Assembly (NCBI GenBank): GCA_010909165.1
Contig: VJWM01000044.1
Location: 124,001 to 188,000 of the forward strand
Origin: Anthoceros angustus
Taxonomy: Eukaryota; Plantae; Anthocerotophyta
Direction: 5' to 3'
Length of the DNA: 64,000 nt
Positions 36,975 to 50,100 of the stretch are shown in pieces. The position numbers and the translations under genes are program-made. Positions within the stretch are counted from its first letter, which is position 1. The number at the start of each line of letters is the position of its first letter. The notes beneath the pieces were generated by a model, which was not told where the DNA came from, made no database searches, and was given only the letters and a program-made list of their open reading frames with translations.

Positions 36975-37285
36975 AATGACAAGTCCCAAAACTCGACATC
37001 AACTCAAGTGGTCAATCGGAATCCTTGACGAAATCTCGACAAAATGACAATGTGTCCTTGATGAAATCTCGACCGAATGAAACTGGTTTTCAAAAGTGTC
37101 CTTGGTTTCGAATCCGGGTTTATAGGTTAACCTGGTTTACAAAGTGTACTTAGGTTTGAAACCCGTTAATCAGAACTCAGTCAAACCCAAGGACACTTTC
37201 ATTCAAAGTAATATGTCCTTGGGTTTTGGGGCGGGTCTCGAAACCCCGGTTTACCATATCGTGGTTTATCAAACCCAAGGAAGTA
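36975..37285. repeat. Array of direct and inverted motifs resembling a DNA-transposon subterminal region
   Basis: aaagtgtccttggttt 37093-37108, aaagtgtacttaggttt 37141-37157, aaacccaaggacacttt 37183-37199 (inverted), tgtccttgggttt 37214-37226, aaacccaagga 37271; ccttga(c/t)gaaatctcgac twice. Confidence 0.7.
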
Positions 37286-37424
37286 ATTGGCTATAAATGG
37301 TTGGAAATGCGGTAATTACGTCTACCCAGGCCGTGTTCACATTACAAGAGCACCATGCAAGCGATTTGGACTTGAATACTAGCGGCAAAGTTGCGCCGCA
37401 TAGAACCTACCGTGTTCAAAAACA

Positions 37425-40000
37425 ATGAGTGTCATGAAACCTCGCTCCAGCTTGAGTAAGCCAGTTTACTGGTGTTGCTGCACTAACGACACATCGCCAG
37501 CCGTGGTTCATGCATGCAGCTTTGTCAAGGTGAGGGGTAGGGGTTGTTTTACCGTGTGTTCTTTGGAGCGTTGTTCTGCTCATGCCTTCCGATTCGTAGC
37601 TCCTGCTCTTCACAACCAACAATGGGTTGCGATGCCATTAGCCGTGAAGATTGCTTGTCGTGCCGAGAAGGACCCGAGACACGGCGCACGCCTTTTACGG
37701 GATGCACGAGGCTACGATCGAGGATGGTGCATTGGACCCAACGCTGGTTGTAAAGAATGTGAACTTGGCTACTACAATGATTTTAGGGCCCCAACACCGA
37801 AAGGCAAGTGGACGGTGAAGAAATCTAGGACGCAAGCACACGGTGAGGCAAGAGACCCAGCCGTGCGTCTTCAACATACTCGGCATGGGAAGGATGGACG
37901 GGTCGGGCAAAGCGCGGCCGCAAGGTGCAACAAAAGGACGGTCAACAATACAGAGCTTGGAGACTGTGGCATGGATGGGCTTGGGAGGGCAGCTCGAGGT
38001 GGGACAGGACGGTCCAAGCGCATCAAGGGTGAGCCTGGCATGGTGTCTGCAGCACCACAAACCCGCGCTGCAAAAATCAGAGCAGAGGCAGGAGAGGGTT
38101 TTGACTGGGCTGCAGGTGAGCAAACACAGCATCCAAAAGATGATGACGACGACGAAGATGGCTTTGGGGCGTCTGATGCGTGGGCATTAGAAGACGTCCA
38201 TTCAGTTGATAACATGGACCATCCCTTTGGGATGTCAAAGAGCGGTAAGGCACACATGCCGGGATGGGTCTATGCCATGTGGATCGGAATCTCCAAAGGC
38301 GATTGCCGATGAACACATTGCAAGTCCGAGTTTTGCGAGCCTACGGACAAAAAGCACACTCACGTAAGGGAACAAGGAGGCGGGTTGGGAAGAGGTCAAG
38401 ACAGGAGATCCGCCGCCCGCATGATGATCGCTTGAGGTTCAAATGTGTCCGCATGCTAGCAAGGGCGGGACATGCACTCCTCAAAAGAAAAGCACTAGCC
38501 GAGGGAAGTCTCGAGTGATAATTCGAGGAAATGCTTGTGCTCCCCTAAACCAAGGTGAGATTGCTAACGGGAGGCAGTGCTAGGGTCGACGTTGTGGTCC
38601 CGAGCACCCAAGGATCCTGCTCATCCCACACTGTGTGCGAGAGGACGAGGATGCACCGATACAAGAGGGCAAGAGCATGTCCCCTGAATTTGGGCATCTC
38701 CCCGTTGATGCCCATGTTGGGGTTGGTATTGAAATTCCAGCAGCGTGTTTTGATGATGAGGTGAAGGGCAACAAGCGGAACGGTAGAAAACGAAAGAGGA
38801 TTTGGGACTTACAGCATGAGGTTCTCCTTTCTCATTTGCATGAATCTGGTAAGCGTGGACAGTTTCTTATTTTTTCCAGAGTAGTCTTGTGGCAATTCAG
38901 GGTCTAAGCTACAAACAGGTTGTAGCTCAGACCTGTAAATCAAGCCTTGGTAACAGGTCTGGTATTTCAGGCCTGAAAGTCCTTAGGTTTAGATGTCCAG
39001 GCCTTATTTTTTCAGGATTGCCCTATTCATATCCATCTGATCATGCTTTTTCGGCTATGCAGGCTATATTCTCCGAGACTCGCCATCTTGGTTTCCAATG
39101 AAGGATCGGGTGCACTTCGCCATTCGTCATTTATGCAACCCAATCGCTATCCGGGAACATTCGATGTTGATGTCCTTCTTGTGGAAAGCACAATTAGGCG
39201 ACCATATCGGTCCATGGACGCTACCGTGTTGTGGCTCGAGCATGCCCGGCTTGAGGCATTGGAAGAACAACTTGAGGAAGGAGGCTAGGCATTTCTTGAA
39301 GGGCAAGAAAGCTTGCGTCAAGTACGCCTAAGAGCCTTAAACGAGAGTATTGGGATGTTCTATTGAAACAAGAGAAGGACAAGCTAGACGGTGTCATTGC
39401 TCCTAGCTGAAGCACGCCTTACAATGAGGAAAAATGTGACGATAAGCCATATTCATGCTTTGGGTTTGAGGGCAAAAGCGGTTCATGGAGGTTCAAAGCC
39501 AGTTTGATAGAGTGCCACCTTTGAAGAGATTAAGTATGTGGGATCCGTGCATGGAACTGGCCGACAAAGCTTAGAGCTTATTGGAAGGAAAGTGAAACTG
39601 CAGCTCCATCTTTGGGTCCTCAAAAAGACTGTGACGGGAAGTCGGATATGTAATAAACTGGAACCTCTGCATGAGGCGGATACGATGGGGAATGTGATGA
39701 AAAGGTGATGGAAGCAATCTTGCATAAGAAGGTCCGTGATGAAGGGTTCATGGTGGAGCACCTTCTTCCCGAACTGCAAGGAAGGCTAAGGAAGCAACTT
39801 CTTAGCTCAGTTATTCGACTCCTACATCCAAACATTTTGTAGCCGAATGCACAGCAATTGTTTGTCTTGATATCGTGATGGGATGTCTTCCGCAGATGGA
39901 CTGCCTCAGCCCGCTTAGGCCGTGTGGTGGAGGCCAAGGACGTGAATTCGTGAATTGTAGGATGTAGGCCATGTTGCGTGCCTTCTCCCAAACAATTCGG
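37425..40000 (+). other. Degenerate coding-like region, probably a transposon-borne gene of unknown family
   Basis: 295-aa ORF with GCKECELGYY..GKWTVKKS..H, an acidic/low-complexity tract, an intron-like GT..AG at about 38850-39017 and further stop-riddled frames. Confidence 0.3.
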
Positions 40001-40149
40001 AAATGGTTTACCTTCTTGCGCTTAGATTTGTATGCGTGATTGTGGCAAGCGGTCCTAGTGGGGTTGTAGGTGACGCTTTTGGGTGCTGTAGGTGGATGTT
40101 TATACAGTAGACCTCCGTAGATTTACATCGAACTGGTTTTAGTTCACAC

Positions 40150-40805
40150 ACAACACTTTTACAACGGACACTAATCCTAAACCCATTACTTTACAACGAG
40201 GTTCATTACAACAGGGGTCGTTGTAAAGGGATAGCTCTTTTACTACGAACCCTTTACAACTGGGTTCCTTTACAACAGGGGTCGTTGTAAAGGTTTAACA
40301 CATTTACAACGACCCCTTTACATCGAGGTTTAAAAGTCCGTTGTAAAGGGAACGCACCTTGACAACGGACATTTACAACAAGGTACGGCTCTTTATAGAG
40401 AACATTGAGTTTAATTAACCATGGCCAATCAGTATGGGGTCATGTAACAACAGTTACTTAATCCTAGTTAGTAAACTATAGTCAAGTAACCTTGATTACT
40501 TAACTATAATATATTAACTATGGTTAGTGAAGTTGTAAAAGCAGCGTTGTAAGTGCATCGTAGTATTGTCCGTCGTAAAGGCGTCTGTAAAGGTTAACCA
40601 CCATACGGACCACCGCTTAAGTCGCATAACGATACCAGACAATACCGTATATAATACAAGGTATAGCCTTCGTATAATTAGTATGAATACTTACTACGGA
40701 TATTACTAAGGTGTGTTTACTACGAGGGTTTTACAACGGACGGCGTAAAGTCGTAGTAATTGCCGTTGTAATTTCCGTTGTAAAAGACCCGTTTTCCTAG
40801 TAGTG
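40150..40805. mobile_element. CACTA (EnSpm) transposon terminus with subterminal repeats
   Basis: Ends ...ccgttttcctagtagtg at 40805, the reverse complement of CACTACTAGGAAAACGG; many tttacaacg/cgttgtaaa motifs in both orientations; no matching left TIR found. Confidence 0.85.
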
Positions 40806-41119
40806 GCTGAAGATAAGGCGCCTGATGAGGTTCCCAAAAAAAAAGGTGAGGAAGGAAATGCGCGAAGACGCCCGCTGCTGTCGCCGGCTTAAGAATGGCG
40901 AGAGAGGAGGTAACTCGCGAACTTCCAAGCTGCTTAATTCTGCTATTGAAGGTAAGTGATCACCAGTCCTGCTAACCTGCATTGCTGAGAGTGTTGATTC
41001 ATCCAGGATTAACAGGGGTGTAGTGATTTGCAGCTAGGGCTCCCGAAACGATCCTGTGCGTCACACATAGGAACTGAAAATGGAGGGGATGGCCCAATGC
41101 TGCATCGTAGGGCTCAAAA

Positions 41120-44100
41120 TTAAGCTGAATCCAGAGGAGGATCCCGACTCGCTGCTTTAAGATAAGTGTTGGTGGAATCATTAAGCCCGAGGGAGCATCT
41201 ATGCTGATCATGTGACATCTTAGGGAGTCCCTTAGTAAGAATGTCAGCAATGTTGGCTGAGGTGTGAACATATTGGAGCTGTATGATTCCCATTTCCACT
41301 GCTTGACGGATAAAATGAAATTGAATCTCAATATGCTTTGATCGTGCGTGATGGGGTTGTTTGTCTTGATATCGTGATGGGGTTGGTTGTCGACCGCAAT
41401 GTGGTTGCTCGAGTTGCTCAGTGAATACCATCAAGAAACCGTCGACCCAAGTGATCTCACGGCAGCAAGTGAAAGAGCACCATACCGCCTCGGTTGAGGA
41501 GAGACGATGGATAACTTTTTGATTGCCAATCGATTGCTGAACCTTGCGCAGGACACAATAAGTCGCTATAGACTTGAGAATCAATGTCCCGCGATCGGCA
41601 TCGAGAGGTAAGAATCTGCCATGTTGTGAATCTGCAGATACATGTGTTGGGTCCCTTTCAAATAACGAAGGATATGTTTCACGACCCAATGCTTTTGTCC
41701 GGTTGCCGAGGAAGCGTGAGACTATACCGACAGCCTGGGAAATATTTGACGAGTCCAAGCTAAATATAAAAGGCTCCCAAGCGCCTCTCTGTAAGGTATA
41801 GTTGACATAGGCTCGTTCATTATCGTAGTTGGTGTCCTCAATAGATAGCTTGTCACTAGTGGAACCGGAGTAGAGGCGGGTTTTACATCCAGTGATTAAA
41901 TTTAGTGAGAAGCGTATAAAATGTGATTGATGAATACATACAGTCTTGCCCATATCAAAAGCAAACTGAATGCCAAGTGCAAACTTTAAAGGTCCGACAT
42001 CAGTCATGTCCCACTCCTGGGAGAGTTCTCGCTTGATGTAGGTCAGGATCCGGTTGTCACTTGCGAAGATGAAATTATCATCAACATACAAAGCAATGAT
42101 GCATATCTGATTGGTCTTCTTGAGGACATAGACGCTGCAATCAGCAGCTAGAGGTACAAAACCCAGCTTGCGTAGTTTCTTATCGACGTGAATTCCATAG
42201 GCGTCTTGTTGTTTTAATCCATACAGGGATTTCAGGAGTCTACATACCTTGGTGTGATCGACAATATAGCCCTCAGGCTGGTTCATAAAAATCACCTCGG
42301 TAAGATCTCCATTTAAAAATGCGGTCTTGACGTCCATTTGATGGACAATCAACTTACGTTTGACAGCATAGCAGAGTAATATACGCATAGACGTTGGCTT
42401 TACAACTGGGCTAAAGGTCTCTGTGTAATCCAGACCATGGACCTGAGTGTAGCCCCTCGCCACTAACCTGGCCTTATAGCGGGCTCTTGACCGTCTGGAT
42501 GGAGCTTCAATTTGAAAACCCATTTGGATGTGATGGGGTTTCGATCCGTGGTAAGGTTACCAACTCCCATGTCTTGTTTGATATAAGGCGTTATATTACG
42601 AATCAATAGCTTTACGCCATTACGCCTTTTGAGGACGGACAATGCCTCTTGATAGGTGAGTGGTGTTTGGGGATCTAGGATGAAGATCTGCATAAGCAAA
42701 GTCGAGAGACTCACGAGGTTGTGCTACATGATCTGGCTGTGATTGATAGGTAAAAGTATCACCATGTGAATAAGGTGGATTAAGCCACTCTTTCACGAGG
42801 GCGATGTGACTTGGCTGATCTTCTCAAAGGTGTCATAGCTGGAGCCTCTATTGGTAAGTCAACAGGTGGATCTGGTAAGTCTGCAGGTTGATCTAAATCG
42901 TCCACTAAAATATTGTGTGGTTGGTCTAATTCATCCACTAAATTATGCTGTTCAGGCGCATCTAACAACTGATCATTGACAGGTGCTGGAATGGGGACAA
43001 TACTGGTGTGGTTTGGGCTGTAAGATCAGGTAAGAATTCAACCATATCAGTATCGAAATCAGTTGTATTATCAATGGACTGATCTAATGGAAGGTGGCCA
43101 TACAAGGAAGGTTGTGGAAGAGGCTCATGGCTAGTGGAGGACTGGAGATGTGCATTCAGAATAAAACTCTCATTGAAGCTAACACTACGGGCCAAGGTAA
43201 GTTGCTTAGTGTAAGGGTTGTAGAGCCTATAACCTTTGGAAGTGTCAGAATAGCCGACAAAAATGTGCTTGGTTGCCCGATTATCCATCTTTCCTCTCTT
43301 GTCACAGTACATAAGCATATGCCGGACAGAAAATCTGAAGATGGCTGATTCGAGGTTTAGAAGTATGCCATCTCTCAAAGGTGTGTGATCAAATAAGGGC
43401 TTTCTTTGGCGATCATTATGAACATAGTTTACATGCAATAGCTTGCCCAAGATCCTCGGTCGCCCGCCAATGAGAGTGTAGCCCTGCATCTTTCCTGTAA
43501 CGTGCAGTTGTAACGTTCTGCGAAAGAGTTTTGTGCGGTGGTATGGCATGATAAGTTGGTGGATGATTCCTTTCTCTGGAAGGACGAAAACATGGTGAGG
43601 TACTCGGTGCATTGTCACCGCAATCTCTTTAGTGTTTTTCCGGTTTGTGTTTCACCATGTGCACGTATTCTACAAACTTGTCATATGTTTGGTGTCCGCC
43701 ATGCAGAAATATAAGGTGCAAAAGTGACTCCATTCATCCGAAAGGTTAAAAATAGATAGCTCCACCAAAAGAGCTCGTGGACATGGGTCCACATATATCG
43801 AATGGACCATATCGAGAAGGCCTGCTTTTGTAGGCTCGGGGTCATTATATGGCTTCGAGCCATCTTCCCTACTTGAGTTCTCACGTAAAAGGTGATCGGT
43901 AACTTTAAATGTTAAAGCATCTTTATATAGTTGGCTTACCAACCACCGTCGATGTAGGTGATCTTTGGGGTGACACATGCGTGCGAGCAAAGTCTTATCC
44001 ACATCGTCGGCGTCAATAACTAATGAGCGGGCTGCTGAAGATACTGCCTCAAACCTATATAGGTCATGATATACCACTCCCGTTGCAAGTAGGAGGGATG

Positions 44101-45335
44101 TATCATATGCTGATGTAACCATGCAGCCAGTAGGTGTAAAAACTACTTGTAGCTCATGGTCTGAAATAAGCTTTCGTATAGATAGCAAGTTCTTAGTCAT
44201 GCTGGGTACATGGAGTACGTTCAGAAGATGTATCTCTTTGTCTCCTCCTAGGGGTAACAGGACTTCTCCTAAGCCTGCTACGGCCAAACCACTGTCATCG
44301 CCGAGCAGCACAAATTGACTAGACGAAGTGGCAGTGTAAGTGATGAACTTCTCTCGCAGTTGGCATATGTGGTTTGTTGCGCCAGAATCGAGAAACCACA
44401 TGTCACTATCTGCTTGTGTTAAGGATAGGCACACTGCCAAAATGGTTGGAGACTTAACACGTTGTGGGCTACTTGTTTGTCCACGAGTCACTAGGTGTGA
44501 TTCTCCTCCAAGAGGAGCTTCTACCTGGGTTCCCCAACGCTTTTTCTACACTCATGCTCAAAATGTCACGGTATTCGACACGGTGACATGTACCTTTAAC
44601 CTTCACGCATCCGTGGAAAGGAGGGTGAAGTGTAGGGTCTCTGGATTGGAAAGGTGGCCTATAAGGACCTCGACCTCGCCCACGTCCCACAGGTAAAAAG
44701 AACTTGCGAGTTGTGATGTTGAGTACGCCCACTTCCGATCCTGTCCTTGACTCCTCCTCAAGCGGGGCTCCAACAATTTTGTTGTTGTTGCGGCAGCACC
44801 TTGCACAGTGATGGAAGTCTGCGTCGACAAAAGCCCTATATGGGTGGAAGTGACGTTAAAGAGCAACTCGCTTGTGGTTCATCAGTTGGCCACAAGAGGC
44901 GAGCTTGGCTCTCAAGGTGCGGAATTTATGCACATGATGCTCAATGTTGTCGTATCTTTCATACGGAGGCGTAGTAATCTAGTTGCATTAACTAAGGACA
45001 TGGAGTCCTTAGCTGCGAATAGGTCCGTGAAAACCTTCCATACTTTGGTTGATGTAGCTTGGCCTTGGGTATGCTGAATCATATTCTTGTCCAGTGCGGA
45101 AAGTATAATACTTCTAGCTCGCTTATCCTGTTTGTTCCAGACGGTCAGCTTATCAACATCAATCGGCTTGGCTACTTTTCCAAGGACCATATCCATTAGG
45201 TCATGCTCCTCCAGCAACGCCGTAATCCGCATCTCCCATGATCAGTTCCATTAAACCGATCTCGGTCTTTGAAGTCAATTTTGTGGTATTGTTAATGATG
45301 GTACTAGTGCTACCACCTCCTCCTATAGCCATGGT
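41120..45335 (-). mobile_element. Ty1/copia LTR retrotransposon gag-pol, near full length but frameshifted
   Basis: gag MRITALLEEHDLMDMV, protease WFLDSGATNHIC, integrase RATKHIFVGYS, RT KARLVARGYTQVHGLDYTETFSPV, HQMDVKTAFLNG, LYVDD, RNase H KHIEIQFHFIR..ADILTKGL; 3' LTR not found. Confidence 0.95.
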
Positions 45336-46195
45336 TTGTCTTGTGTGAGGAAAAGGGGCGTGCAGGAAAACGTGGGATATAATGTAAAGATCTGTTTGGA
45401 GGAGACCACATGCAAAATAAGGCTATGCTACAATTAGCCTCGCTGACCTAATGGCTATGGGGTCAGACAGTATTGGGATCTTCCCCAAACATGGTGGAGA
45501 GAGACTCTAAGACTTGTTCAATGGGTTCAGGCATGAGCAAGCAGCCGTAGGAGGAATCTGAACAGGAGATGTCATGTGATTGGTTTGTATGAAGACGGGT
45601 TGCAGCAACTAGTCCTAAGTTAGCAAAGTCATGTGACAGTCGTGTAAATTGCTTAGTCAAAACTCCAATTTGTTTGTGCAAAGAGATCAGTTCTTTCTTA
45701 TGATTATGTTTTGCTACATGTGTGTATTCTTGCAAGTCTTAAGTGTGATCGAGGTTCTTAATGGCCGAGTCTTTGGGTCTTTACTGACAGGAAAAGCGAA
45801 CTATTGCATCGTGTAGGAGTCTGTATCTGCGATGATAGCAAGTGTATTCACGTCTTTGGTGATTACGAGCTTGCAAAGGAAAAGAAAACAGCAATGTTGG
45901 AATCTGCTGTCATTCCTCCCGCAAGGCATATTTGTAAGCAAGTCACTTGTGCTTTCTCTCAAAGCACTCCCATTTGCTTTGTGCACCAAAATTACTTGCG
46001 TGTTCTAATTTGCGGTCTCGGAGAGGCGTTTGTCATCCATCCCTATCAACATCGGGAGAAAGACGCCTAATTGCGCTCTGAGACATCGTAGAATGTTGAA
46101 AACAAGCCGCCGTTCCGCTTCCTTGGGTCAATTAAAATTGCGGCCTTGATCCAATGACGCGGGCATTGGTAATACGAGCAGCGACATGATTGAAT

Positions 46196-46207
46196 GGCTC
46201 GATACCA
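46196..46207 (-). promoter_or_regulatory. Degenerate tRNA-iMet primer binding site followed by an LTR-like start (TG at 46211)
   Basis: ggctcgatacca resembles gctctgatacca with a 1-nt deletion; it is followed by att tgtgat. Confidence 0.55.
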
Positions 46208-46499
46208 ATTTGTGATATGGGCATCATACGGACATCATAGATTGAGCATAAGGACGGATCTTTGAGGAGCGCGTGAGCGAAGAGAATGTCATCGTGAATC
46301 AATCAAAAGGTACATAAAGAAGAAGTGTAACCGTTTTTCTAAAGTAATCCTAGTTAACTAATCAAATGATACTCTTAACTAGAGTTAGGTATGAACTAAA
46401 AAATATTATCCAATAATCGGGAAAAAATAAATTCCCACCGCGACCACAGCAACACACGCACCGGCCGCAACTCCGGTGGTACACTAGCGTGCACCCTGG

Positions 46500-47180
46500 G
46501 CCGGGCCGCCCGCCCACGCCGCCTCGCCTGAGTCGAGGCAACCGGGGCCTCGCACTGCCTCGCCTGACTCCGCCACCGCCCACCCTATCTCCGCACACCT
46601 ACCTCCGCCTGCCCGCCGCCCGCACTGCCCGCCTGCACTGCCTCGCCTGACTCGCCACCGCCCGCCTCCGCCTCCGCCCGCCGCCCGCTGCCGCCGCGCC
46701 CACTTCGCACCTCGTCCGCACTGCCTTCTGCACACACGCAATCGCGCCCCGCACCGCCCGCCTGCCGCCCGCACCCGCCGCCGCGCCCGCCCGCGCCCAC
46801 TTCGCACCACTCCGCGCCCCGCACCGCCTCCCGCCGCCGCCCGCGCCCCGCTCCGGTCCGGTCCGCCCGCTTCCACTCGCGCCACTGCAGCGCCCGCCGC
46901 CCGCCTGCCCGGCCCCGCACTGCCCGCCTCGCACACCGCCCGCCCACGCCCGCCCGCCGCCGCGCCGGCACCTCCGCCTGCCGCCCGCCCGCCCACGCCC
47001 GCCCGCCCGCCTCCGCCCGCCGCCGCCGCCCGCCCGCCTCCGCCCGCCCGCCTGCCGCCCGCCCACGCCGCCCGCCCGCCCGCTGCTGCCGCCCGCCGCC
47101 CGCCTGCCGCCCGCCCGCCTGCCGCCCGCCCGCCCACGCCCGCCCGCCCGCACCGCCTCCTCACCGCCCGCCTCCTCCAT
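46500..47180. repeat. CCGC-rich low-complexity tract (also 48830-49320 and 50220-50330)
   Basis: Almost only C and G, in ccgcccgcc permutations; generates the spurious Gly/Arg/Ala ORFs. Confidence 0.9.
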
Positions 47181-47190
47181 CAAGGCCGGT

Positions 47191-50100
47191 AGGAAGATAT
47201 GCCGATATATACCGAGATATATGCCGATATAAACCGAGATATATCTAAATATACATAGTTATATAGTTCAAGAATAATTATTTATAATTATAATAAAAAC
47301 AATTTAATTTCAAGACTTTAAATAAATTTTAGAATATTAAATAAAGAGACAAAAGCAAAAGTTCACAACAAACTCTATTAAAACTTCAATCATGATGTAA
47401 GAGTCATTCTTCACGTAGTAGTATATTTATACTCGTATGTAATAAAAGTGATATATGTATTTATGGACAAAGATTCTCATATTTAAACTCAGTTGATTAT
47501 AGCATACGAGTACTCAATAGAGCGTGCCTGGGATAGAGTACAAACTGGTTGAATGAAAATATATTGACATCAAAGGAGAATGATAAGTTTAAAAAAAAAG
47601 AGTAGAAGGTGTAGATGGCGGATGATAACTTAGTGTTCTCAAACAACATGAAGATTGTGCATAGATCAGAAGATAGGATAAGTTTGACACGGAGACTATT
47701 CTATAAACCATTGCAAGAATGCCTTAAGAATGCAAGAATGCCTTAAGAACGCAAGAATGCCTTAAGAAAGTATTGTCTCGTGATGGATAAGAATGAGTGG
47801 GATAGGATGTTGTCTTTCTTGCAATGGTTTATAGACTGAGTAGGCAAACATCCTTGGGGAAGGGATTCGTGTCTATTCTACCTAGCTAAGCTTTACAACT
47901 TACCTCCTGAACGGACTTCATCATGTTGGGTCCGGCGGAACCCGCGGAACCTAGGCGTATGCCACTCCGTAACTCAACTCAACCCACCGAACCTTCCCAC
48001 AAATCTCCATTCATGGTATCCTTAAACACCGTTTAAGGTTCGGCGGACCAGAACAGGTTTAACGACGCGTTCTTGCGTCAGTCTTCGTACCCCTGGCGCC
48101 CATCCCTCCTCAACTCCGCCTGGCGTAGCAACTCCAACGTAACGCTCAGGCCGCAATGCCTTCCTTCTCTCTTGTCCACGCACAACTAGTATCCGGGACA
48201 CCAACACATCGGCGTATTTACGGACCATCTTTGCTCCTTCTAGTTGCTTGGCGTTGGTGAGGTAGTGACTTCCCAACCTTCACCCCACGACCTCCGCCCC
48301 TATGACCTTGAGGATGGTTTCCACCCGAGGATCGCCCAAGCACTTCGATCCTTTCCGACCGCTTCACGTTGGTGAGGTAGTGACCACCTGCAACCCCACG
48401 GCCTCCGCCTCCGCCTCCTCCATCAAGGGTGGTCTCGCCGAGAGATCCCTCTCAAGCACCACTGCGCAGGTCCGACCCTAGTCTGCACCCACCAAGCGTG
48501 TTAGAGGAGCTCATCACCAGAGCTCTCTCCCCTTTACCACCAATTAGTCTTGCAAGGTGACGCAAGATCACACTCCGCTCCTCGAGCACCAGCGGGCAAG
48601 AGCACACGGAGCGCGTGGCTGGCACAAGGGATAGCCCTCCCTCCTCACCCTCCCGCCACCCTAGTCTTGGGCGCCAGGCCTCCTTATATCCCCCCATACC
48701 CTAATCTAACCCTATAGGTATATACCTTGACCCTATGTCGTTGCATCCACCGGTAACTCATCAATCCGCCGGACTTCTCCTCCGACGCACTCTTGAGTAG
48801 CAAGCCCGTTTTGGACTACGCTGCCGCCCGCCGCCTCCGCCTGCACTGCACCGCGCCCGCCGGCACCTCTCCGTCGAACGCCGCCCGGATGGACCACTGC
48901 GCCCGCCGCCGCGCCCCGCATGCAAAACTCCATCGAAACGGACCACTCACAACGCCGCCTCGCACTGCCCGCCGCCCGCCTCCGCCTCCGCCCGCCGCGC
49001 ATGCTTCCACTCCGCCACTGCAGCTGCCGCCGCCTGCCCGGCCCCGCACTGCCCGCCTCCCCGCACACCGCCCGCACCACGCCTGCCGCCCGCCCGCCTG
49101 CACGCCTGCCGCGCCGGCACCTCCGCCTGCCCGGCCCCGCCTGCCGCCCGCCCGCACCGCGCCCGCCCGCGCCGGCCTCCGCCCGCCCGCCTCGCACTGC
49201 CGCCCGCCGCCGCCCGCCCGCTGCCGCCGCCTGCCGCCCGCCGCCTGCCGCCCGCCCGCCTCCCCGCTGCCGCCCGCCCACGCCGCCCGCCCGCACCGCC
49301 TCCTCACCGCCCGCCTCCTCCATCAAGGCTGGTAGGAAGATATGCCGATATATACCGAGATATATGCCGATATAAACTGAGATATATCTAAATATACATA
49401 GTTATATAGTTCAGTAATAATTATTTATAATTATAATAAAAACAATTTAATTTCAAGACTTTAAATAAATTTTAGAATATTAAAATAAAGAGACAAAAAG
49501 CAAAAGTTCACAACAAACTCTATTAAAACTTCAATCATGATGTAAGAGTCATTCTTCACGTAGTAGTATATTTATACTCGTATGTAATAAAAGTGATATA
49601 TGTATTTATGGACAAAGATTCTCATATTTAAACTCAGTTGATTATAGCATACGAGTACTCAATAGAGCGTGCCTGGGATAGAGTACAAACTGGTTGAATG
49701 AAAATATATTGACATCAAAGGAGAATGATAAGTTTAAAAAAAAAGAGTAGAAGGTGTAGATGGCGGATGATAACTTAGTGTTCTCAAACAACATGAAGAT
49801 TGTGCATAGATCAAGATAGGATAAGTTTGACACGGAGACTATTCTATAAACCATTGCAAGAATGCCTTAAGAATGCAAGAATGCCTTAAGAACGCAAGAA
49901 TGCCTTAAGAAAGTATTGTCTCGTGATGGATAAGAATGAGTGGGATAGGATGTTGTCTTTCTTGCAATGGTTTATAGACCGAGTAGGCAAACATCCTTGG
50001 GAAGGGATTCGTGTCATTCTACCTAGCTAAGCTTTACAACTTACCTCCCGAGCGGACTTCATCATGTTGGGTCCGCGAACTCATGAACCTAGGCGTATGC

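Noticed and set aside
48690-48720. Telomere-like ccctaa/aaccct words (also about 51845 and 61950)
   Set aside because: Isolated words, not TTTAGGG arrays
46484-49375. Long Gly/Arg/Ala/Pro-rich ORFs on both strands
   Set aside because: They arise from CCGC low-complexity tracts that lack stop codons; no domain signal, and possibly artefactual sequence
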